In this document: positions 47,630 to 57,220 of the stretch, piece after piece
Numbering within the stretch: the stretch's first letter is position 1
Layout: each line of letters starts with the position of its first letter
Origin: an uncultured Bacillales bacterium
Lineage (GTDB): Bacteria > Bacillota_I > Bacilli_A > RFN20 > CAG-288
Direction: 5' to 3'
DNA: 64,000 bases
Assembly: GCA_949287425.1 (NCBI GenBank)
Contig: CASEGJ010000007.1
Coordinates: forward strand, 17,232-81,231
Position numbers and translations under genes: made by a program
Notes under the pieces: generated by a model
What the model saw: the letters and a program-made list of their open reading frames with translations, nothing else
Told to the model about the DNA's origin: nothing
Databases searched by the model: none

Positions 47630-48859
47630 ATGAGAAAAGAAGTAATCGAAGTTTATAAGAAATATGGAGTAGATGTTAACAAAGCTATAGAAACTTTAAA
47701 AAATATCGAAGTTTCTATACAATGCTGGCAGTTAGATGATATTGATGGATTTCTATCTAACGAAGTGTTAACTGGTGGGATTCAATCAACTGGAAACTAT
47801 CCATATAAAGCTAGAAATTTTGAAGAATTAACTAGCGATTTTAAACAAGCCATCAAATATATTCCTGGCAAAAAAAGAGTCAATCTTCACGCTATATATG
47901 AAAGTGATAATATAGTTGATAGAAGTGAAATTACTTTCTCTAATTTTAAAAGATGGGTTGATTTTGCTAAGGAAAATGACCTTGGAATAGATTTTAATCC
48001 AACCTGCTTTGCTTCTAATATGTTAAAAGATAACTTGTCTTTATCTTCCTATGATGAAAATGTTAGAAATTACTGGATTAAACATTGTATTAATTCAATT
48101 AAAACTAGTGAAGATATTTCAAGAAAATTAAACAAGAAAGTCTTAGTTAATATTTGGATACCTGATGGTTTAAAAGAATCACCTTCTAATAGATTGTCTT
48201 TAAGACAGAATTTAAAAGATTCTTTAGATAAAATCTTTGAATATAAATACGACAGGAATTTAATTGATGTTAGCGTTGAATCAAAAGTCTTTGGAATTGG
48301 GGTTGAATCATTCACCGTTGGTTCTTTTGAGTTTTATTTAAATTACGCTAAGGAAAATAATTTAATTCCACTTCTAGATATGGGGCATTTTCATCCTAGT
48401 GAGAATGTTGCTGATAAAATTTCTTCTTTACTTTTATTTAATCCTAAGATTGCTTTACATGTTTCTAGAGGAGTTAGATGGGATAGTGATCACGTTATTA
48501 AACTAAATGATGACTTGCAAGAAATTGCTGATGAATTAGTTAAAACTAACGCTTTAAATCGCACATATTTAGCTTTAGATTTCTTTGATGGTTCAATTAA
48601 TAGGGTTACTGCTTTAATTATTGGAACTAGAAATATGCATAAGGCTTTACTTAAAGCCTTACTAACTCCTTGGGATTTATTAACTAAAGCCCAAGAAGAA
48701 CTAGATCATACTAAAACTTTATATCTTCAAGAAAAAATAAAAGAATTACCTTGGAATGAAGTCTATGAAGAATATTTAAAACAAGAAGGTGTAAAAGAAG
48801 ACTTTTACGATGATATAAAAGCTTATGAAAATGAAATTATGTCAAAAAGAGGGGAATAA
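47630..48859 (+). CDS. rhaA: L-rhamnose isomerase
   Basis: Collinear with E. coli RhaA as recalled: CWQ.DD..GF, TGGIQSTGNYP, NLHAIY, NIWIPDG, GHFHP, HVSRGVRWDSDHV, LDFFD.SINR, IGTRNM.KALL. Confidence 0.9.
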   Translation: MRKEVIEVYKKYGVDVNKAIETLKNIEVSIQCWQLDDIDGFLSNEVLTGGIQSTGNYPYKARNFEELTSDFKQAIKYIPGKKRVNLHAIYESDNIVDRSEITFSNFKRWVDFAKENDLGIDFNPTCFASNMLKDNLSLSSYDENVRNYWIKHCINSIKTSEDISRKLNKKVLVNIWIPDGLKESPSNRLSLRQNLKDSLDKIFEYKYDRNLIDVSVESKVFGIGVESFTVGSFEFYLNYAKENNLIPLLDMGHFHPSENVADKISSLLLFNPKIALHVSRGVRWDSDHVIKLNDDLQEIADELVKTNALNRTYLALDFFDGSINRVTALIIGTRNMHKALLKALLTPWDLLTKAQEELDHTKTLYLQEKIKELPWNEVYEEYLKQEGVKEDFYDDIKAYENEIMSKRGE

Positions 48860-48865
48860 AATAAT

Positions 48866-49657
48866 ATGGATGTAATTAATGAAGTCTGCGAAATTTTAGA
48901 TTTGTTATATAAACATGGCTGGGATGAAAGAAATGGTGGAAATCTTTCATATATAGTTACTAAAGAAGAAGTTAAAACAATCGTTTCTGAAGAAAAAGAA
49001 ATTAGAGAATTTAAATACGATTTTGATATGACTCCATTAATTGGAAAATACTTCTTAATTACTGGAACTCAAAAGTATTTTAAAAATTGCTTAAAAGATC
49101 CTGTTACTAATTTAGGTTTATTAAAAGTTAAAGATAAGCACACGCTTTCTTTACTATGGGGATATAAAGATGGTGGAAGACCAACTAGTGAAGCTCCTAC
49201 ACATTTAAAATGCCATATTGAAAGATTAAAAATCGATCCACTCCATCGACTTGTTTGTCATTGTCATCCTATTAATATTATTTGTATGTCACATATTCTA
49301 GAATTGAACGAAAAGAAATGGACAGAAATTTTATGGAAGATGCAGACTGAATCAATCGTAGTCTTCCCAGAAGGAATAGCTGTTTTACCTTGGATTATTT
49401 GTGGTGGGGAAGAAATTGGTGAAGCTACAGCTACTAAAATGAAAGAATATAGAAGTGTAGTTTGGGCTCAACATGGTTTATTTGCAACAGGTAGAAGCTT
49501 AGATGAAGTTTTCGGTTTAATTGAGACAATAGAAAAAGCCGCAGAGATTTATATGAAAATTTGCGATAAACCTATTGTTCAATCAATAACTAATGAAAAT
49601 TTAAAGCAGTTAGCTAAAGCGTTCAATATTAATTATCGAAAAGGAATTATAGATTAA
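48866..49657 (+). CDS. rhaD: Rhamnulose-1-phosphate aldolase (class II)
   Basis: GWDERNGGNLS, Zn-ligand histidines (HCHP, QHG). 263 aa. Operon context with rhaB and rhaA. Confidence 0.8.
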   Translation: MDVINEVCEILDLLYKHGWDERNGGNLSYIVTKEEVKTIVSEEKEIREFKYDFDMTPLIGKYFLITGTQKYFKNCLKDPVTNLGLLKVKDKHTLSLLWGYKDGGRPTSEAPTHLKCHIERLKIDPLHRLVCHCHPINIICMSHILELNEKKWTEILWKMQTESIVVFPEGIAVLPWIICGGEEIGEATATKMKEYRSVVWAQHGLFATGRSLDEVFGLIETIEKAAEIYMKICDKPIVQSITNENLKQLAKAFNINYRKGIID

Positions 49658-49692
49658 TTACTAAATTAGTAATCGGTTTTTATATTTTTAGT

Positions 49693-49723
49693 GTGCGTAA
49701 AAAAATCTACGCACTTTTCTTTT
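49693..49723 (+). terminator. Rho-independent terminator after rhaD
   Basis: GTGCGTA-aaaaaatc-TACGCAC followed by TTTTCTTTT. Confidence 0.7.
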
Positions 49724-49733
49724 AAAATTTATA

Positions 49734-49762
49734 TTGACCTAAAGTTAGCTTTAGGTTATAAA
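49734..49762 (+). promoter_or_regulatory. Putative promoter with embedded 8-N4-8 palindrome operator
   Basis: TTGACC (49734-49739), 17-nt spacer, TATAAA (49757-49762). The perfect inverted repeat ACCTAAAG-ttag-CTTTAGGT (49737-49756) fills the spacer. Confidence 0.5.
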
Positions 49763-49801
49763 ATTAAGCTACTATAAAACCATTTATAGAAAGGTGTGAA
49801 A

Positions 49802-50488
49802 ATGAAAAATTATCCAAAAGTTATTTGTCATATGTATGTAACTATCGATGGGAAAATAGTTACTGATTTACAAGGCTATCCTAATTGTCAACAAGCCGGT
49901 GATATTTATGATGCATTGACTTTTTCTAATTCAAAAGCCTGGGGTTGTGGGAGAGAAACTTTTCAGTATCTTTCTGATGAAAATGTCGATTTAAGTCAAT
50001 ATCCAATTAAACAAGGTGAATTAAAAGATTATTTTGTCAAAGATGAAAGATATTGCATAGCTTTTGATAGAAAAGGCAAACTGTTTTTTAAAGAAGAATA
50101 TAACGATTACGCCAATCAAAAAAGTCGCTTTGTTTCAATTTTAACTGAAAGTGTCGATAGAAGATTTCTTTCATATTTAGACAGCAAGAATATATCATAT
50201 TTATTTTGTGGTAAAAAAGATCTAGATTTACCACTGTTTTTAACAAAAATTAAAGATTTAGGTATAGATGTATTTTACCTATGTGGAGGGGCTCAAATTA
50301 ATGCGCTTTTCTTTCAACAAGATTTAGTAGATGAAATAAGTTTAGTAATTTGTCCTGGAATTCAAGGTGGAAGAAATGAACTTACTTTTGTTGGAGGTGA
50401 TGATATTTCGGCTTTTCCAAAATATTTTAAGGTTAAAAACGTCGAGGTTTTAGAAGGAAACACTATTTATTTAACATATATGAAATAA
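49802..50488 (+). CDS. RibD C-terminal domain / dihydrofolate-reductase-like reductase
   Basis: MYVTIDGKI start motif and LCGGAQINALF. About 228 aa. ATG 49802 is preferred over GTG 49796. Confidence 0.55.
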   Translation: MKNYPKVICHMYVTIDGKIVTDLQGYPNCQQAGDIYDALTFSNSKAWGCGRETFQYLSDENVDLSQYPIKQGELKDYFVKDERYCIAFDRKGKLFFKEEYNDYANQKSRFVSILTESVDRRFLSYLDSKNISYLFCGKKDLDLPLFLTKIKDLGIDVFYLCGGAQINALFFQQDLVDEISLVICPGIQGGRNELTFVGGDDISAFPKYFKVKNVEVLEGNTIYLTYMK

Positions 50489-50507
50489 TAAAAATAAAGG
50501 AGATAAT

Positions 50508-50972
50508 ATGAAAAAGATCTTAGTTTGCTATTTTTCTGCTAGTGGAGTTACTAGATTAAAAGCTAAGGAATTAGCAAGTAAATTATCAGCTGATTTAGAA
50601 GAAATTATTCCTGTAAATCCGTATACTAAGCAAGATTTAGATTGGAATAATATTAAGTCACGTTCATCATTAGAAATGAACAATGAATCTTTACGTCCTC
50701 AAATTCTACCTAGTAAATACGATGTTAGTGATTACGATGTAATTTTTATCGGTTATCCAATTTGGTGAGATGTTGAACCTAGATGTATTGATACTTATTT
50801 AGATAGTCATCATTTAAAAGATAAAAAAATAATCTTGTTTGCTACTAGTGGTGGAAGTGGAATTTCAAATAGTATTAGCCATATAAAAAATTGCTATAAA
50901 GATCTAGATATTGAAGATGGTTTGCTATTAAATTTTGGAATTGACATAGAAAATATCAAAAAATTAATTTAA
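50508..50972 (+). pseudogene. Flavodoxin (Flavodoxin_4-like) with a single in-frame TGA at a conserved Trp
   Basis: MKKILVCYFSASGVTR...YDVIFIGYPIW-TGA-DVEPRCIDTYL...IILFATSGGSG reads through in one frame to TAA 50970-50972. The TGA (50766-50768) sits where this family has the second W of the PIWW motif. Confidence 0.7.
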
Positions 50973-50987
50973 AAACATCACTTAATA

Positions 50988-51007
50988 TTGTCTTAAAATT
51001 AAGACAA
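50988..51007 (+). terminator. Weak AT-rich hairpin after the flavodoxin gene
   Basis: TTGTCTTA-aaat-TAAGACAA followed by ATTTTA. The T-run is poor. Confidence 0.3.
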
Positions 51008-51060
51008 ATTTTACTAACTTCCATGTTATTTTTAATTTTCTTGTATATAATAATTTTAGT

Positions 51061-51414
51061 ATGGCTAAATATTATAAACAGTTTTATTATTCATTTTCTG
51101 AAATATACAGATTCGTCGATTAAACTTTTCCAAATTTATCTTCATCAACAACTTTAGAAGCTAAAGATGGTGATTTTGAAAATGATATAAAATTTGCCAT
51201 GTTTGTCTATGAAAGATATTCTTATTTTGGTAAAAACAGATTGAGCTTAACTGTATGTTTACTTGGTGATGAATCATCTTGTAAAGTTTATATGGTAACT
51301 GCAGGTGGCTCTCAATCTCTGCTTAAGCTTTATAAGATTAATGGTTTTGGTGAACATGTTTTTTTAAATTTAGCCATTAAAAAATTAGAAGAGAAATTTC
51401 AACAGACTTTTTAA
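51061..51414 (+). pseudogene. Small conserved hypothetical (DUF6054-like, recalled from memory) with in-frame TAA
   Basis: ATG 51061 MAKYYKQFYYSFSEIYRFVD-TAA(51121-51123)-TFPNLSSSTTLEAKDGDFENDIKFAMFVYERYSYFGKNRLSLTV...TAGGSQSL is all in one frame. The ORF track sees only the 71-aa tail (51199..51414). Confidence 0.4.
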
Positions 51415-51515
51415 TAATTTTAGATTCTCATGTAATTAATAGACGTTTTTGTTATTTTGTAGTGGTTAAAATATTTTTAATCATGTAAAATTTAATTTCT
51501 AGGAGGAATAAAAAT

Positions 51516-54314
51516 GTGAAATTTAAAAAAGTAAATAATCAAAATGAAACTAAAGTTAATTTATTACAATCAAAAAAGGAAAGACATCAGGACTTATTTG
51601 AATGTACTAAGTTAACTTCAGAGCAGTTTATTAAAGAAAATAATATAAATTTAAAACTTGGTTTAACTGATTTGCAAGTTAAAGAAAACATTGAAAAATA
51701 CGGATTAAATAGTATTACTAAAGTAAAAGAAGAAAGTTATTTAGTTAGATTGATCCATTCTTTTAGTTCGCCATTTATCTTTATTATGATATTTGTCGGC
51801 ATAGTTTCCGGTTTAATTTCTTATTTTTTACCATCTTCTATTGAAGAAAAAAAGACATGGTGGATAACTCCAACTATTCTTTTAGTTATTATTTTAATTT
51901 CAGGTTTAGTTTCTTTCGTTCAAAAAAATAAATCATTAAGAAGTAGCAAAGCTTTAAAATCTCTTTCAGAAAATACAGCTAGTGTAATTAGAGAAGGTCA
52001 GACTAAAGAGATATTTAATAGTGAACTTACTATTGGAGATATAGTTTTACTTTCAGCAGGAGATATGATTCCTGCAGATATTAGAATTTTAGAAAGCAAG
52101 GATCTATTTGTTTCTCAAGTAAGTTTAACTGGTGAAATAGACGCAATTGAAAAAAGCGAAGCAGAAGTTAGTTTTGATAACACATCTAAATCTATATTTG
52201 ATTTATCGAATTTAGTTTTTTTTGGAACTAATGTAGTTTCTGGACAAGCTAAAGGTGTGGTTTTAAAAGTAGGTGATCAAACTATCTTTGGTCAACTAGC
52301 TAAAAAAGTTGTTGAAAAGAAGGAAAAAACTACTTTTGAAAAAGGAATAGATGCTATATCTAAACTTTTACTTTCTTGTTTAGTTATTATGTTTCCATTG
52401 GTGTTTTTAGTTGATGGAATAGGTTTACATATTTCATCAAGTGGCATTTCTATTACTGGTGTTTCTAATTATGAGCAATGGATTGAAGCTTTTGTTTTTG
52501 CAATATCAGTTGCGGTAGGAATTATGCCTTCTTTATTACCGATGCAAGTCGCTTCTAATTTGGCTAAAGGTGCAGTAAAGATGTCAGAGAAAAAAGTTAT
52601 TGTTAAAGATATTAACACTATTCAAAATCTCGGAGCTATGGATGTTTTATGTACTGATAAAACTGGAACTTTAACTGAAGCTAGTTCGACTTTAGTAGAT
52701 TATTTTAATCTTGATAATTCTAGTGATGATGATTATATTTTACAACTAGCATATCTAAATTCTTTTTATCAAACTGGAATTAGATCTCCTATTGATAAAT
52801 CGATAATATCTTTTTCTAAGATGAATGTTTCTCATGTTTTAGATGTTTCATCTAATTATCAAAAATTAGATGAAATTCCATTTGATTTCCATAGAAAAAG
52901 ACTTTCTATATATTTAAAACCAAACGGTGATGATTCTAAAAATATTCTTATATGCAAAGGTGCTAGTAAAGAAATGTTAGAAGTTATTAGCAAAGTTAAA
53001 CTTTCTAAAGACAAAAAAGAAATACCTCTTAGTAAAGAATTAGAAAACAAAATCCTTTCTAAAGTCAATCAAGAAGAAAAGAAAGGAAGAAGAGTTATTT
53101 TATTAGCGTATAAAGAGATTTTAGATAGCAAAGATATTTCTATTGATGATGAAAACGATTTAACTTTTGTCGGATTTTTATCTTTTGAAGATAAGGTAAA
53201 AGATAATACTAAACAAGTTTTGGATTCTTTAAGATATTATGGGGTAGAAATTAAAATTCTAACTGGCGATAATCTTGTTGCAAGTTTAGAAGTTGCTAAA
53301 AAAACTGGCTTTAAAAATATCAATTATATTTCAGGTGAACAAATAAATAAATTAAATGATGAAGAACTTTTAAATGAAGTTGAAAAATATAATTTGTTTT
53401 ATAAGTTATCTCCAGATGATAAATATCGTATCGTGAAAGCCCTAAAAGAAAATAAAAACGATCATACAGTTGGATTTATGGGAGATGGAATTAATGATGC
53501 ACCATCTTTAAGATTAGCTGATGTTGGTATTTCTTTTAAAGAAGCGACTGATATTGCTAAAGAAGCAGCAGATATTATCATGCTTGAAAACAATTTAGAA
53601 GTTTTGAAAGATGGCATTATCGAAGGAAGAAAATCATACGTAAACATGATGAAGTATGTAAAAGGTCAAACTTCTTCTAATTTTGGCAATATGATTTCTC
53701 AATGTATAGGAGCGATTTGGATTCCATTTATTCCAATGAAAGCTTTGCATATTATCTTATTAGATATTATTACTGATATTTCATGCGGAGTAATTCCTTT
53801 TGATAAAGTCGATGAAGAACAGATAGTTAAGCCATTAAAGTTTTCCTTAGAACAAATTAGAGGATTTATGTTTACATTTGGGCCGATATCTTCACTAGTC
53901 GATATGATGACATTTGCCATTTTAATGTATTATATTTGTCCATCAGCTTCGCAAGGACAATTTGATTTTTCTTGGGAGACATCTTCTAGTCAATATTTGA
54001 TGTTTATGATGGTGTTTCAAACTGGTTTCTTTTTAGAGTCATTAATTACACAAAATGTCGTATATAGCTTTTTAAGAACTGAAAAGATACCATTAATTCA
54101 GTCTTTTCCATCAATTACTTTATCTTTAGGAATAATAGTGTCTTGCTTAGTGGGATTTTTTGTAGTTTATGTTCCAAGTGTCAATGAAATCTTTGATTTT
54201 ATTTCTATTGATCCGATTTTCTTACTGTTTATAATAATATTTATATTTATTTATGGAATTTTGACATTTTTTGCTAAATATCTATATAAGAAAAAATATA
54301 ATCGATTGCTATAA
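51516..54314 (+). CDS. mgtA: Magnesium-importing P-type ATPase (MgtA-like)
   Basis: 932 aa. CTDKTGTLT phosphorylation site, GDGINDAPSL, and the TM4 region VGIMPSLLPMQVASNLAKGAVKMSEKKVIVKD, close to E. coli MgtA. GTG start at 51516 follows AGGAGG (the adjacent ATG is followed immediately by TGA). Confidence 0.85.
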   Translation: MKFKKVNNQNETKVNLLQSKKERHQDLFECTKLTSEQFIKENNINLKLGLTDLQVKENIEKYGLNSITKVKEESYLVRLIHSFSSPFIFIMIFVGIVSGLISYFLPSSIEEKKTWWITPTILLVIILISGLVSFVQKNKSLRSSKALKSLSENTASVIREGQTKEIFNSELTIGDIVLLSAGDMIPADIRILESKDLFVSQVSLTGEIDAIEKSEAEVSFDNTSKSIFDLSNLVFFGTNVVSGQAKGVVLKVGDQTIFGQLAKKVVEKKEKTTFEKGIDAISKLLLSCLVIMFPLVFLVDGIGLHISSSGISITGVSNYEQWIEAFVFAISVAVGIMPSLLPMQVASNLAKGAVKMSEKKVIVKDINTIQNLGAMDVLCTDKTGTLTEASSTLVDYFNLDNSSDDDYILQLAYLNSFYQTGIRSPIDKSIISFSKMNVSHVLDVSSNYQKLDEIPFDFHRKRLSIYLKPNGDDSKNILICKGASKEMLEVISKVKLSKDKKEIPLSKELENKILSKVNQEEKKGRRVILLAYKEILDSKDISIDDENDLTFVGFLSFEDKVKDNTKQVLDSLRYYGVEIKILTGDNLVASLEVAKKTGFKNINYISGEQINKLNDEELLNEVEKYNLFYKLSPDDKYRIVKALKENKNDHTVGFMGDGINDAPSLRLADVGISFKEATDIAKEAADIIMLENNLEVLKDGIIEGRKSYVNMMKYVKGQTSSNFGNMISQCIGAIWIPFIPMKALHIILLDIITDISCGVIPFDKVDEEQIVKPLKFSLEQIRGFMFTFGPISSLVDMMTFAILMYYICPSASQGQFDFSWETSSSQYLMFMMVFQTGFFLESLITQNVVYSFLRTEKIPLIQSFPSITLSLGIIVSCLVGFFVVYVPSVNEIFDFISIDPIFLLFIIIFIFIYGILTFFAKYLYKKKYNRLL

Positions 54315-54400
54315 TTAGTTTTAAAATTGCTATAAATTTATATCGCTTGATATAGTTTATCAATTTCGCTATTATATATGCATGTTTTTAAGGACTAAAC

Positions 54401-55579
54401 ATGAATATAATAAATAGAGTATTAGAAAGTAAAATATTTGAAGTTGATTCTAACAATATATCGATTCCTCAAAAGCTAGTTTTAATATATAGCTTTCTTG
54501 TTTATGGATTATCAAATGTTTTTGGTAATACTTTTCCTTATGCTAAATATATTATTTACGGCTTATTATTTATGGGAAGCTTTGCTTGTATTTTGCTTCA
54601 AATAAAAAGAATATCTTTAAAAAGACTTATCTTGCCAATGATATTGGTAATAATTGGTGTTGTTTTATATTATTTATCTAACGCTATTGCTTTTGTTACT
54701 ATTGTTTTAGCATCTTTTGCTTCAATTAATATGCCATATAAAAAGGTTTTTAAGTATGGTTTTTATTCACAGCTGATATTTTTAATTTTTGTTTCCTTTA
54801 TTTCACTATTAGGTTTTAATAAAGAATTTAACTTAGGTTGGTTAGAAGGTGGCTTTTTTGAAATTAGACATTGTCTAGGCTTTTCTCATCCAAATACAGC
54901 TGCTACTTATTATTTATTTACGACATTTTTGTTTTTTGCTTATAAACCAAGACCACATAATGCTATATATGTTTTATTTATGCTAGCTAACTTTGGCATA
55001 TATATGCTTACTGGTTCAAGAACAACTTTGATAATTTCAGTCGCTTTTATTTTCGCGATATTTATTGCTAAATATGTAAAATTTAATAAGATTATCGCCT
55101 ATAGTTCTTCTAGTCTTTTTGTTTTATTTACTATATTTGTAGTCGGGTTAGTCTTTTTAGCTCACGACACAAAATTGAATAGCTTTTTATCAGGAAGACT
55201 ATCATATGCTTATTCTGCTATGTTAGAAAATAAAATTCACTTTTTTATCGGGACTAATCTAGGTTATCCATTAGATATCGGATATATCAGTTTAATCTAT
55301 TCTTATGGTTTATATTATTATTTAATTTACTGTATTATCTTTTCAATATATTTTATCTTTGTTGGAAAATATATGAAAAAAGAGGTAATAAGTCAATTTG
55401 TAATTATAGGTGTGTTTTATTTAATATTTACTTTATCTGAAGTATATATATTTAACTATTTTTCTGTCCCATGTATTTTAGTTTTAAAAATCGCAATTGA
55501 AAATTGTAATTGTAAAATAAATCAAAATGTCGATAGTGAATATTTTGATTCTAATTTTCCTATATATTTAAGAAAATAA
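54401..55579 (+). CDS. Wzy-like polysaccharide polymerase / O-antigen-ligase-family membrane protein
   Basis: 392 aa, about 10 TM helices. Loop RHCLGFSHPNTAATYY. Paralog of 58035..59177. Confidence 0.5.
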   Translation: MNIINRVLESKIFEVDSNNISIPQKLVLIYSFLVYGLSNVFGNTFPYAKYIIYGLLFMGSFACILLQIKRISLKRLILPMILVIIGVVLYYLSNAIAFVTIVLASFASINMPYKKVFKYGFYSQLIFLIFVSFISLLGFNKEFNLGWLEGGFFEIRHCLGFSHPNTAATYYLFTTFLFFAYKPRPHNAIYVLFMLANFGIYMLTGSRTTLIISVAFIFAIFIAKYVKFNKIIAYSSSSLFVLFTIFVVGLVFLAHDTKLNSFLSGRLSYAYSAMLENKIHFFIGTNLGYPLDIGYISLIYSYGLYYYLIYCIIFSIYFIFVGKYMKKEVISQFVIIGVFYLIFTLSEVYIFNYFSVPCILVLKIAIENCNCKINQNVDSEYFDSNFPIYLRK

Positions 55580-55586
55580 TATTAAT

Positions 55587-57110
55587 TTATTTGTTGTTTT
55601 TCTTTTTAAATTTGGAAGTTATATTTGAAAGAATAGATTTAATGTAATTTAAAATATAAATTGTAAATTTATCCTTTAATATAATAGATATTATTGCATA
55701 TACACTTATTCCTATAACTAATAAAATGAAAATTAATAACCAGTCATTTATTTTGGTATAGACAAAATATCCAGTTAAAAAGACGGTGACAAACATTAAT
55801 GAACTTGCAATTAAAGGCTTAATAGCAGAAATGAAAATTTCTTTTAAGTTCAATTTGTTTCTTGCAAAAAATAGCAGGAAAGGAATTTGAATAAATTCAG
55901 TAGTTAAAGTAGCTATTCCACATCCAATAGCACCTAAGTTAAAATAACCGATTAATAGTAAATTTAACAAGATATTTAAAATGGATGAAGATAGCATAAC
56001 TATAGTGTGTGTCCAGATCTTGTTATTTGGTCTATAATAGATATTTCCTAATAGTGAATTTAACGGAGAAAAAACTACAACTGGGCATAATAGATATAAA
56101 ACATCGATAGAGCCAAGATATTTATCAGTCAAAAAGGCTGGAAGTAAAAAGGAATTTATACTAGCCATACCTAAACTACAAGGTAAAGCTAAAGCAAAGA
56201 AGCATTCAAAGGACAATTTGGTTTTTTGCTTAATTTGTTCTTCATCTCCTCGTTTAGTTAAATATGATACTCTAGCTAACAAAACTATGCTTAAAGAATT
56301 TATTAGTGCTGTTAATAGATTGATAAATTTCATCGCCTGGGAATAATAACCATTTTGCGTGTTATCATTTCCAATAGCTCCTAGTAAAACGCTATTTAAA
56401 TTAGTGTATAAGCTAGTCGCTAAAGCTGGAATAAAATACGGAAAAGCTTCTTTTAAATAAAAGGCAGGGTGTAAATCTATTTTGTTTATTTTAACAAGGC
56501 TATTTTTTCTAAAGGAAAAATATATGATGCTTGAAGATAGAACATAGCTAATTGACATTATGAAAGTATAGATTAAAATATCTTGGTTGGATTTAACAAA
56601 GATAAAAAAGCAGATGACTGTTAATATTTTAATTATAGAATTTCTAATCGCAATAGAAATAAAATTTTCTTCTCCTTGAAATAAAAAGACAGGATCAATA
56701 AGGATAGCAATTATATTTCCAAGCATAATTAACATCATAAATAAGCTAGTTTCATCATTAGAATATAAAAAACAAAAAGGTATATAGATAGCAATGCACA
56801 TAAAAGAAAGTAGGCCTTTAGTTAACATTATGTTAAAAAAGACAATAGATTTTTTATTTACATCATCTCTAACTTCAGCTATCTTTTTAGTTCCATAATC
56901 GTTAAAGCCATAATTAGCGACCATAGTAAAAATACTTACTAATGCCGCATAATAAGAATATTGACCTAGATAAGAAGGATCTAACACTCTTGAAATATAT
57001 GGGGTAGTAATTAATGGTGTAAGAAAAGTAAGAATTTGATATAGGCCATTAAATATAGCGTTTGTTTTTACTGAATGAACCTTTAGAGTTTTGTTGCTAT
57101 TTTCTTCCAT
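55587..57110 (-). CDS. Wzx-type polysaccharide flippase (MOP superfamily)
   Basis: 507 aa, about 14 TM helices. N-terminus TNAIFNGLYQILTFLTPLITTPYISRVLDPSYLGQYSY is typical of polysaccharide biosynthesis flippases. Confidence 0.7.
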   Translation of the reverse strand: MEENSNKTLKVHSVKTNAIFNGLYQILTFLTPLITTPYISRVLDPSYLGQYSYYAALVSIFTMVANYGFNDYGTKKIAEVRDDVNKKSIVFFNIMLTKGLLSFMCIAIYIPFCFLYSNDETSLFMMLIMLGNIIAILIDPVFLFQGEENFISIAIRNSIIKILTVICFFIFVKSNQDILIYTFIMSISYVLSSSIIYFSFRKNSLVKINKIDLHPAFYLKEAFPYFIPALATSLYTNLNSVLLGAIGNDNTQNGYYSQAMKFINLLTALINSLSIVLLARVSYLTKRGDEEQIKQKTKLSFECFFALALPCSLGMASINSFLLPAFLTDKYLGSIDVLYLLCPVVVFSPLNSLLGNIYYRPNNKIWTHTIVMLSSSILNILLNLLLIGYFNLGAIGCGIATLTTEFIQIPFLLFFARNKLNLKEIFISAIKPLIASSLMFVTVFLTGYFVYTKINDWLLIFILLVIGISVYAIISIILKDKFTIYILNYIKSILSNITSKFKKKNNK

Positions 57111-57220
57111 ATTTATAACATTAATAATTATACATTAAAAATTAGTTTTCTATATATAGTAGCATCTAAATGGAAAATGGTATAAAATACAAAAGCCAAT
57201 TGTAAGGAGAACTAGATTAG

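Noticed and set aside
51415-51515. M-box (Mg2+) riboswitch upstream of mgtA
   Set aside because: The leader is only about 100 nt, extremely AT-rich, and shows none of the conserved GC-rich helices of the M-box by eye. Absence cannot be proven without a covariance-model scan.
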